Shown piece by piece: positions 10,669 through 17,822 of a DNA stretch of 22,397 nt (the first letter of the stretch is position 1; every line of letters starts with the position of its first letter). Source of the stretch: Aquificaceae bacterium (GTDB lineage Bacteria; Aquificota; Aquificia; Aquificales; Aquificaceae); assembly GCA_037924335.1 (NCBI GenBank), contig JAXSMZ010000007.1, positions 1 through 22,397 on the forward strand. The letters run 5' to 3'. Made by a program: the position numbers and the translations under genes. Below the pieces are notes generated by a model. It saw only the letters and a list, made by a program, of their open reading frames with translations. It made no database searches and had not been told where the DNA came from.

Positions 10669-10670
10669 AC

Positions 10671-11027
10671 ATGAGACATAGAGTGAAGAAAAAGCACTTT
10701 GATAGAACTAGAGAACAAAGGATAGCTCTCTACAGGTCTCTTGCCTCTTCTCTTATAAGAGAAGAGAGGATAGAAACTTCTCTCCAGAGAGCAAAGGCGG
10801 TTAAACCCTTCGTTGAGAGGCTCATAACCCTTGCCAAGAAGGGAGACCTTTCTTCAAGAAGAAGGGCTCTTGCTCTTCTGTCTGACAAAGACACAGTAAA
10901 GAAGCTCTTTGAGGATATAGCTGCAAGGTTTGAAAACAGGAACGGTGGGTACACAAGGATAGTTAAGCTTTCAGAAAGACGTGCAGGCGATGGATGTGAG
11001 CTTGCCTTGCTTGAGTTCGTAGAGTGA
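10671..11027 (+). CDS. rplQ: 50S ribosomal protein L17
   Basis: [20 protein letters not shown]. Confidence 0.99.
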   Translation: MRHRVKKKHFDRTREQRIALYRSLASSLIREERIETSLQRAKAVKPFVERLITLAKKGDLSSRRRALALLSDKDTVKKLFEDIAARFENRNGGYTRIVKLSERRAGDGCELALLEFVE

Positions 11028-11260
11028 AGGGTATACTGTCTCTAATAATAAACCTACTTACCTTGGCTGTGCTTTTTCATGCTATAGGTTCCTGGTTTCC
11101 ATCCATAAGAAGGAGCAGTTTTTACCAAAATGTGGACAAACTGATACATCCGATGCTTGAGCCCATAAGGGCAGTTGTGAAACCCATAAATGGGATTGAC
11201 TTCTCACCGATGGTTCTCCTTTTTCTTCTTTACCTTATAAGGTATCTGCTTAGACTCTGA
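11024..11260 (+). CDS. yggT: YggT family membrane protein
   Basis: SWFP...PMLEPIR...GIDFSP signature; GTG start overlaps the rplQ stop. Confidence 0.85.
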   Translation: MKGILSLIINLLTLAVLFHAIGSWFPSIRRSSFYQNVDKLIHPMLEPIRAVVKPINGIDFSPMVLLFLLYLIRYLLRL

Positions 11261-12048
11261 TGCACCATGAAAGGCTTGATAAAAAGCTGATACAGCTCGG
11301 TCTTGCACCTACAAGGGAAAAAGCTCAGGCCCTTATAATGGCTGGGCTTGTCTTTGTTGATGGTAAACTTGCAGACAAACCAGGCCTTTTGGTAAAGGAG
11401 GGGCAAAAGGTTGAAGTAAAGGAGAGAATGAAGTACGTATCAAGGGGAGGATACAAGCTTGAGAACGCTCTTATACACTTTGGCGTGGACGTGAGGGGTT
11501 ATACAGCTCTTGACGTTGGCTCTTCAACGGGAGGATTTACAGACTGCCTTCTTCAAGCTGGTGCAAGTAAGGTTTACGCAGTTGATGTGGGAAAGTCCCA
11601 AATGGACATAAAACTGAGGTCTGACCCAAGGGTGGTACTCTACGAGGAGACGGACGCCAGAGAAATAACGCAAGAACATATACCAGATAAGGTAGACCTT
11701 ATAACTGTGGATGTTTCCTTCATATCAGCTACAAAGGTCATTGATAATATAGTGAAGTTTTTGAAAGAAGAAGGCATGCTCCTAGTACTCGTAAAACCCC
11801 AGTTTGAGCTTACACCAGACAAAGTGAGGAAAGGTATAGTTAGAAAGGACCAGTACAAGGAAGAAGCCGTTCTTAAGGTATCGCAACATCTTATGAACTT
11901 GGGTTTTAACATATGCGGTATTGTCAAAGCCAAACCAAAAGGGACAAAGGGGAATGAGGAGTTTTTTATACTCTCGGGCAGGCATGTTACTGGAATAAAA
12001 AACCTTAAAGAAGCTGTAAAGGAAGCCGTTAAGCAAAACAGTTTTTGA
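11260..12048 (+). CDS. tlyA: TlyA family rRNA (cytidine-2'-O)-methyltransferase
   Basis: S4 domain ERLD..REKAQALI, YVSRGGYKL, DVGSSTGGFTD, DVSFIS, LVKPQFE, KGNEE. Confidence 0.96.
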   Translation: MHHERLDKKLIQLGLAPTREKAQALIMAGLVFVDGKLADKPGLLVKEGQKVEVKERMKYVSRGGYKLENALIHFGVDVRGYTALDVGSSTGGFTDCLLQAGASKVYAVDVGKSQMDIKLRSDPRVVLYEETDAREITQEHIPDKVDLITVDVSFISATKVIDNIVKFLKEEGMLLVLVKPQFELTPDKVRKGIVRKDQYKEEAVLKVSQHLMNLGFNICGIVKAKPKGTKGNEEFFILSGRHVTGIKNLKEAVKEAVKQNSF

Positions 12049-12054
12049 TATACT
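12046..12054 (+). promoter_or_regulatory. extended -10 promoter (TGnTATACT), probably leaderless
   Basis: TGATATACT at 12046-12054, then 6 nt, then ATG 12061; no SD. Confidence 0.5.
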
Positions 12055-12060
12055 ATATTT

Positions 12061-12315
12061 ATGATTATGGATAAAAAGGGGGAAGCTTTAAACCTTGCAA
12101 AGGAGCTACAGCGTAAATTGCTTGAGCTTGGGACAGAGGTAGATGAGTACTACAGGAGCTTCAGGGAGATTAGGTTGGGAGTTGATGACCTATCCTTTCA
12201 AGGAGCTCTCATAAATGTGGAGCATGCTTTTTTTATGCTGGTTCAGTCTTTAAACATACTCAAGGAACAGCTAAAGTTCCTTGAAGTTGCATCAAAGAAA
12301 AAGGAGATATACTAA
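12061..12315 (+). CDS. hypothetical helical/coiled-coil protein (84 aa)
   Basis: Clean ORF filling the gap, with a Leu/Glu/Lys heptad pattern; alternative start at 12067. Confidence 0.75.
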   Translation: MIMDKKGEALNLAKELQRKLLELGTEVDEYYRSFREIRLGVDDLSFQGALINVEHAFFMLVQSLNILKEQLKFLEVASKKKEIY

Positions 12316-12316
12316 C

Positions 12317-14035
12317 ATGGGGATAAAGTTTTTACTTTTGGATGAGGAGAGGAGATTTTTCCCTTTGATAAGTGACATTTTTGATGTCACTGGCCACAAG
12401 CTTATGGTTTCCTTAGATGAGACAAAGGCTAAGGAGCTCATAAATGCGGTTCAATTTGATGTTCTCTTGTTAGAGAAAAAACATTTCAACTTTTGGATGA
12501 ACCTGATAAGAGATGGCAAGTATACATTGCCCATATTTCTTATTGAGGATTATGAATACGCTCAAGAGCTTAAAAATATGGGTTTTGTAGACCTTAACTA
12601 CATCCTGTTACCTTTCAACCCCCTTGACCTTCTCACGAAGGCTGTCTGGCTAAACAGATTAGAAAAAGAACCAAAAACACTATCATCTTTAGGTCCTATA
12701 AATACACTTATTCATCTTTTCAGGCTGAGCATTTCAGCTATCACGAAGCTCTATAATGATTCTACAGCTTGCAGTTTGTACATAAAGGAAGGTACAGTTT
12801 TGGGTTCTTCCTGTGATATATCCGCTTTAAAGTCTCTCTTTGTCTCCGGTGATATAAGCATAGAGCTTCTGCCTTATGCCAACGAAGAGCATCTTGAGGA
12901 GCTCTTTGATGGAAATTGGGACTTTTTCACAAAAGTGGTTCTCACAAAGGAAGCCTTTACCATTCCAACTACCACAAAGGAAGCCACTACCTTAAAAGAA
13001 GTTGACTTAACCCAGCCTGTTGAACTACACAGGGGTGTATTCTGGGTTGGTGTGCCAGATAAAAAGTCCATGCTCCAACCTAACTCTTACCTTCGGATAT
13101 ACGAAAGGGGAGACATTAAGGTTTTATTCCTTATCCACGCTGGTGGACCTAACGAGTATGCAAGGATAAGGGCTAAGGTAGAGGAAATCATAAGCAGTAT
13201 GGAATTGATAAAAGCTGTTGTTGTTATGGGCTCTAATTCCTATGACTACATGAACGCCATTACGATGCTTCAGAGCAATCCAAGGCTTCAGCTGATCACT
13301 TCCTTTGATATTGCATCCATCTTAGTTCAGGCAGGTATACCCCTTTCTAGGGTCAGGCTTATTGAAAGTTTGCCAAACATGAGGCTAAAACTTGCCACTG
13401 GCAACACTCTTACACTAATACCTACTCCTTTCCTACCGGAGAAAGGGAGTTATATGCTCTACGAGGAGGACACCGGCTTCCTTTTCAGCTCGCACCTTTT
13501 TAGTTCCTTTTCAACCCCAGAAGATTTCTCTTTGTATGAGAACCCTGACATAGAAGATGTTGTCATGTATGCATCCTTGAACATGCCTTGCTCAAAGGCT
13601 CTTCACCAAGCTCTGAACGTGCTATCCAAGCTTGATATAAGCGCTGTGCTTCCACTTTATGGAAACCCTATAAAGGGAGAACTCTTCAGGGAATTAATTC
13701 AAATAATACAAAAAATCAACGTGGGTGTAGACATGGTGTCAACTGTCAACAAAGAACTTTACATAAAGAAAGTGAATGATATTCTCGATGACTTAAGAAT
13801 GGACGTTGGTGAAGGTACCTTTTTAAATCTAAAAGAGGAGCTTGAAAATTACGCTTACTTTGAGGACAATGGTATAAAGGATATACTAACCTTCCCTAGT
13901 TCTTTTTCCAAACTGCTGCTGAACTGTATGAAGTCTGTGGGCATAGAGCCATCCTTTACAAAGAAGGTACTCAAAGAACTATTCCGCAATGAGCTTTTCC
14001 TTTTACCATATGATGGGTTTACCGAGCCTTTCTAA
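12317..14035 (+). CDS. pseudo-receiver + DUF4388-like + degenerate metallo-beta-lactamase (ODP-like) multidomain protein
   Basis: ATG 12317 after AAGGAG. Receiver-like N-terminus (KFLLLDEE, FDVLLLE, LPFNP). ODP/FprA-like segments PVELHRGVFWVG, NSYLRI, PTPFLPEKGSYMLYEEDTGFLFSSHLF, PLYG. Confidence 0.7.
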   Translation: MGIKFLLLDEERRFFPLISDIFDVTGHKLMVSLDETKAKELINAVQFDVLLLEKKHFNFWMNLIRDGKYTLPIFLIEDYEYAQELKNMGFVDLNYILLPFNPLDLLTKAVWLNRLEKEPKTLSSLGPINTLIHLFRLSISAITKLYNDSTACSLYIKEGTVLGSSCDISALKSLFVSGDISIELLPYANEEHLEELFDGNWDFFTKVVLTKEAFTIPTTTKEATTLKEVDLTQPVELHRGVFWVGVPDKKSMLQPNSYLRIYERGDIKVLFLIHAGGPNEYARIRAKVEEIISSMELIKAVVVMGSNSYDYMNAITMLQSNPRLQLITSFDIASILVQAGIPLSRVRLIESLPNMRLKLATGNTLTLIPTPFLPEKGSYMLYEEDTGFLFSSHLFSSFSTPEDFSLYENPDIEDVVMYASLNMPCSKALHQALNVLSKLDISAVLPLYGNPIKGELFRELIQIIQKINVGVDMVSTVNKELYIKKVNDILDDLRMDVGEGTFLNLKEELENYAYFEDNGIKDILTFPSSFSKLLLNCMKSVGIEPSFTKKVLKELFRNELFLLPYDGFTEPF

Positions 14036-14683
14036 CCTCGGATGAAGCAGAGCTAAAAAGAGTTGCCTAAATCCTGTTAGAATGTTGACATCCGTACTTT
14101 CTAAGGGTGGTATGTCTCCGGAGAAATAGACAACAAAGGCCTTACCTACAATGTTCTCCCTTGGCAGAAAGCCCCAATACCTACTGTCTTCGCTGTTATC
14201 CCTGTTATCTCCCATTACAAAGTAGTAGCCATCTGGTATAACAGTTTGGGGAACGTCTTTTCTGAGCATTATGGGGTCTTCGTAAAGGGCTATTTTATGC
14301 TTTACACCGTTGGGAAGAGTCTCTTCAAAGATGAGTTTCTTATTCCCATCTTCGTAAACTTCACCAACCTTTTTGAGCGGTAAGGGTTTACCATTTATGT
14401 AGACCTGATAATCCTTGACTTCTATCACATCACCCGGCATGCCTATGATCCTTTTTATAAAGTCTATTTTAGGGTTTACAGGCCACTTAAAAACCACTAT
14501 GTCCCCCCTTTTTGGTTCTGAAAGGTCGTAAACCAGCTTGTTCACAAGTATGAAATCCCCAACGAGAAGCGTGGGCTTCATAGAGCCAGATGGTATATTG
14601 TAAGCTTGCACCACATAAGCTCTCAGAAGAAGAACTACCAAAACTACTGATATAAATTCAATAATCCAGCTTTTTCTTCCCAT
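14003..14683 (-). CDS. lepB: signal peptidase I
   Basis: Catalytic Ser in SGSMKPTL, catalytic Lys in FIKRIIG, GDNRDNSEDSR. Confidence 0.98.
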   Translation of the reverse strand: MGRKSWIIEFISVVLVVLLLRAYVVQAYNIPSGSMKPTLLVGDFILVNKLVYDLSEPKRGDIVVFKWPVNPKIDFIKRIIGMPGDVIEVKDYQVYINGKPLPLKKVGEVYEDGNKKLIFEETLPNGVKHKIALYEDPIMLRKDVPQTVIPDGYYFVMGDNRDNSEDSRYWGFLPRENIVGKAFVVYFSGDIPPLESTDVNILTGFRQLFLALLHPRLERLGKPIIW

Positions 14684-15729
14684 CTTTTTAATTTTATCAT
14701 ACTTTCTTTACTTCTCAGCTGTCCGCATGCTCCAAAGATCTCAAACCCTTTGCTTATCCTTACAAAGGCAGATACACCCTCATCCAAAAGTACCCTTTGA
14801 AACTTATAAACTCTATCTATGGTGGGTCTTTCGTACGCTATGCCAAGGGATGGGTTGTAGGGTATTAGGTTGACTTTGAATTTTTTCTTGTGCTTACCTA
14901 TCAGACTTAAAAGCGCCTGAGCGTGCTTTACAGAATCGTTAACATCCTTTATCATAACATACTCGAGCATTATCTTCCTACCTTTTGGATAGGGGTAGCT
15001 CTTTAAAACCTCCATAAGCTCCCCAAGTGTGTTTGTCTTTGATATGGGCATGAGCGACTCTCTTAGGAACTCAAAGGGTGCATTTATGGAAACAGCTAAA
15101 TTTATATCTTTCATAACTTGGTCTTTTGCCATCCTATTTATCTGAGAGATGAGTCCGCTTGTGGATACGCTCACTCTTCTTTTTGATATGTCCAATCCCC
15201 AAGGGCTTATAAGAATCTCAATAGCTTTTCTTACATTTTCATAATTGGCAAGGGGCTCTCCCATACCCATAAATACCACGTTCCTTATTCTTTCTGGGAG
15301 AATTCTCAGTTGAACTTGGAAAAGCTGGTCTAAAATCTCTTCCACTCTTAGATTTCTGATGAGTCCATCCATAGCTGTAGCGCAGAACTTACACCCTACC
15401 GCACACCCAATTTGGGAAGATAAGCAGAGAGTCAGATGGTCCCTTTCTCTTATCAAAACAGTCTCTACAGCGTGTCCATCTCGTGTCCTGAAGATGTACT
15501 TTATGGAATCTTCCGCTTCTACTTGGGTTTCAAGCTCAAGAGAGTGAACCAGAAAGTTCTCTTTTAAAAGCTTTCTGTGCTCTTTTGATATATCTGTCAT
15601 AGCCTCAAAGTCTGTTTGAAACTTTTTGTAAACCCATTTGAAGACCTGAGAAGCTCTTAACCTCCCCATCCCGAGCTTTTCCACTTCCTTTATGAACTCA
15701 TCGATGGTGTACGAAGCCAAAACCTTCAT
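14644..15729 (-). CDS. rlmN: dual-specificity 23S rRNA m2A2503/tRNA methyltransferase RlmN (radical SAM)
   Basis: SSQIGCAVGCKFCAT, FMGMGEPL, VNLIPYN, GACGQL. Confidence 0.97.
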   Translation of the reverse strand: MKVLASYTIDEFIKEVEKLGMGRLRASQVFKWVYKKFQTDFEAMTDISKEHRKLLKENFLVHSLELETQVEAEDSIKYIFRTRDGHAVETVLIRERDHLTLCLSSQIGCAVGCKFCATAMDGLIRNLRVEEILDQLFQVQLRILPERIRNVVFMGMGEPLANYENVRKAIEILISPWGLDISKRRVSVSTSGLISQINRMAKDQVMKDINLAVSINAPFEFLRESLMPISKTNTLGELMEVLKSYPYPKGRKIMLEYVMIKDVNDSVKHAQALLSLIGKHKKKFKVNLIPYNPSLGIAYERPTIDRVYKFQRVLLDEGVSAFVRISKGFEIFGACGQLRSKESMIKLKRWEEKAGLLNLYQ

Positions 15730-15731
15730 AG

Positions 15732-15751
15732 GTAAGAATATATACTCTTAC
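15732..15751. repeat. 20-bp near-perfect palindrome at the rplI/rlmN junction
   Basis: GTAAGAATAT|ATACTCTTAC with one mismatch; contains TATATT on the minus strand 7 nt before the rlmN ATG. Confidence 0.6.
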
Positions 15752-16203
15752 TGCTTCGTTGCTTCTGGTTTTACATCCACTTTTATATCAACAGAAACTT
15801 CTGCGTGCAACTTTACATGTACAGTGTGTATGCCCACGTTCTTTATGGGAGCCGTTATTATTATACGCTTTCTATCTATATCAAAGCCTTTCTCTTTTAA
15901 TAGGTTTGATATATCTGCTGGAGTAACAGACCCAAAGAGTTTGCCTTTCTCCCCCACTGGCCTTATGACCTCCAACACAAGACCATCCAGTTTCTTAGCA
16001 ATGCTCATGGCTATTTCTTTTTCTTTCTGTAATCTTCTCGCTTTCTGTTGTATTATGTCCTGCACATGCTTTATGTTACCATCAGTAGCAGGAAGGGCTA
16101 TCCCCCTTGGTATTAGGTAATTGTTGGCAAAACCATCCTTTACGTTTATGACCTCGCCAAAAAGACCGTAACCTTCCAGATCCTGAATAAGGACAACCTT
16201 CAT
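15748..16203 (-). CDS. rplI: 50S ribosomal protein L9
   Basis: MKVVL, VKDGFANNYLIPRG, GKLFGSVT. Confidence 0.99.
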   Translation of the reverse strand: MKVVLIQDLEGYGLFGEVINVKDGFANNYLIPRGIALPATDGNIKHVQDIIQQKARRLQKEKEIAMSIAKKLDGLVLEVIRPVGEKGKLFGSVTPADISNLLKEKGFDIDRKRIIITAPIKNVGIHTVHVKLHAEVSVDIKVDVKPEATKQ

Positions 16204-16215
16204 ACATATACCTCC

Positions 16216-16434
16216 TCAAGCTACAAGGTATGGCAAAAGAGCCAACTGTCTTGCTCTTTTTATCTCCCTTGATAGCATTCTTTGATGTTTAGAGCAAACA
16301 CCCGTCTGCCTTCTGCTTACTATCTTGCCTCTCTCGCTTATGAAACGTTCAAGCTCTACATAGTTTTTATAGCTTGGGTCTTTTTTCTCTTCACAGAAAA
16401 AGCAAGCCTTTTTTGCAGTTTTCTTTATCTCCAT
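16216..16434 (-). CDS. rpsR: 30S ribosomal protein S18 (zinc-binding)
   Basis: [33 protein letters not shown]. Confidence 0.99.
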   Translation of the reverse strand: MEIKKTAKKACFFCEEKKDPSYKNYVELERFISERGKIVSRRQTGVCSKHQRMLSREIKRARQLALLPYLVA

Positions 16435-16445
16435 GTTTTACCTCC

Positions 16446-16871
16446 TTAAAAGGGCATCTCATCATCCTGTGAACCCCATGGTGCATCCTGAGTCTCATCC
16501 GATTCAAAGGTATTATTTATAACTTCTTCCTCTGGAACCTCTTCCATCTTTGGCTTGTTTATTATCCTTACAGCTTCCGCCAATATTCTTACCTTGCTCT
16601 GAGCCTTCCCTTCTTTATCTGTCCATCTATCCTGTACAAGCCTGCCTTCTATAACTACAGTGTAGCCTTTTGATATTCTTGCAGTCAGGTTTTCTGCTAA
16701 TTTTCCGTACGCCTTTACATCGAAGAAGTGACTTTCTTCTCTCCAATCTTCACCAACCTTGTACCTTCTGTTATAAGCTATGGAGAATTCGGCAACTGAA
16801 TTCCCCGATGGAAGGTATCTAACCACTGGGTCTCTTGTCAACCTACCTATTAGAAGAACTTTGTTAAGCAA
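16446..16871 (-). CDS. ssb: single-stranded DNA-binding protein
   Basis: MLNKVLLIGRLTRDP, EGRL, acidic tip DDEMPF. Confidence 0.98.
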   Translation of the reverse strand: MLNKVLLIGRLTRDPVVRYLPSGNSVAEFSIAYNRRYKVGEDWREESHFFDVKAYGKLAENLTARISKGYTVVIEGRLVQDRWTDKEGKAQSKVRILAEAVRIINKPKMEEVPEEEVINNTFESDETQDAPWGSQDDEMPF

Positions 16872-17199
16872 CCCTTGAAACCTCCTTTTCAGTAATCCGA
16901 AAATTCAACCACCTTATAATATCATCGCTTATCTTGTAATAAAAGTCAAGCTCGTTAGGAAGCTGTGGATTGTCAGACTTTATCTGCATTATAAAGTATC
17001 TACCATGATTGAAGTTTCCTATACTGTAAACAAGCTTTTTGGTCCCCCAATCTTCAATGTGGATTATCTCTCCTCCCTTCTTTTGAACAGTATCTTTTAT
17101 CTCCTCAAGCCTTCTTTGAACCTCCTCCTCTGTCAGCGTGGGCTTGAGGACAAAGACACTCTCATAGTACCTTGTAGTTGCATAGTACCTCTTTGCCAT
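16864..17199 (-). CDS. rpsF: 30S ribosomal protein S6
   Basis: True start is ATG at 17199 after AGGAGG; YYESVFVLKP, EDWGTKKLVYSI, DDIIR. Confidence 0.97.
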   Translation of the reverse strand: MAKRYYATTRYYESVFVLKPTLTEEEVQRRLEEIKDTVQKKGGEIIHIEDWGTKKLVYSIGNFNHGRYFIMQIKSDNPQLPNELDFYYKISDDIIRWLNFRITEKEVSRVA

Positions 17200-17202
17200 C
17201 TT

Positions 17203-17250
17203 TACCTCCTGGACTTTTCTCAGGTCCCCACCTTTTTGGTAGGAACGAGG
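17203..17250 (-). promoter_or_regulatory. structured rpsF 5' leader, candidate S6:S18-binding autoregulatory element
   Basis: Minus strand reads CCTCG-TTCCTACC-AAAAA-GGTGGGGA-CCTGAGAAAAGTCC-AGGAGG. It contains an 8-bp hairpin, and CCTC or CCTG can pair with the SD region. Confidence 0.55.
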
Positions 17251-17258
17251 TTGAAAAT

Positions 17259-17287
17259 ATTTTAATACATGTTGACACCTCTTGCAA
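17259..17287 (-). promoter_or_regulatory. sigma70 promoter for the rpsF operon
   Basis: TTGCAA (17287-17282), 17 bp spacer, TAAAAT (17264-17259). Confidence 0.7.
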
Positions 17288-17300
17288 GTGAATCTAGATT
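17272..17300 (+). promoter_or_regulatory. sigma70 promoter for the argA-polA-scpA operon
   Basis: TTGACA (17272-17277), 17 bp spacer, TAGATT (17295-17300). Confidence 0.7.
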
Positions 17301-17321
17301 TAGGATCACTGGGAAAGGTAC

Positions 17322-17822
17322 ATGAAAGTGAGGAAGGCACTTCTAAGGGATTCTGCGAGCATATACGCTCTGATAAATGATTATGCTAAGGATGGCATGC
17401 TTCTTCCAAGGAGTTTAAACTCCATATACGAAAACATAAGGGATTTTTGGGTTTGTGAAAGAGATGGTGAAATTGTGGGATGCTGTGCTCTCCATGTGGT
17501 ATGGGAGGACCTAGCTGAGATAAAAAGCCTTAGTGTTCATAAAGACATGAGAGAGATGGGTATTGGTTCTTTGCTCGTTGAAAGATGCATCGAAGAAGCC
17601 AAAAATTTGGGTGTTGGGAAGGTTTTTGTTCTGACATACGCCACTGGATTTTTTGAAAAATTTGGTTTTCATGAGGTAAAGAAGGAGAGTCTACCCCACA
17701 AGGTATGGGGAGATTGCATAAACTGTGTGAAGTTCCCATCGTGCGATGAGACAGCAATGGTTTTAAACGTCAAAAGCTTTGAATCTTCTTTGAAAAGCCA
17801 AGTTCACAGCGATGAAGTATAG
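17322..17822 (+). CDS. argA: GNAT N-acetyltransferase, short-form N-acetylglutamate synthase type
   Basis: LLPRS, GCCALH, DLAEIKSLSV, VFVLTY, LPHKVWGDC. Confidence 0.8.
   Translation: MKVRKALLRDSASIYALINDYAKDGMLLPRSLNSIYENIRDFWVCERDGEIVGCCALHVVWEDLAEIKSLSVHKDMREMGIGSLLVERCIEEAKNLGVGKVFVLTYATGFFEKFGFHEVKKESLPHKVWGDCINCVKFPSCDETAMVLNVKSFESSLKSQVHSDEV

Noticed and set aside
12281..12316. TTG start for the 584-aa ORF
   Set aside because: It overlaps the upstream gene; ATG 12317 has an SD and begins the receiver-like fold.
17200..17340. 47-aa N-terminal extension of S6 in the ORF track
   Set aside because: It spans the promoter and leader; a strong SD precedes the ATG at 17199.
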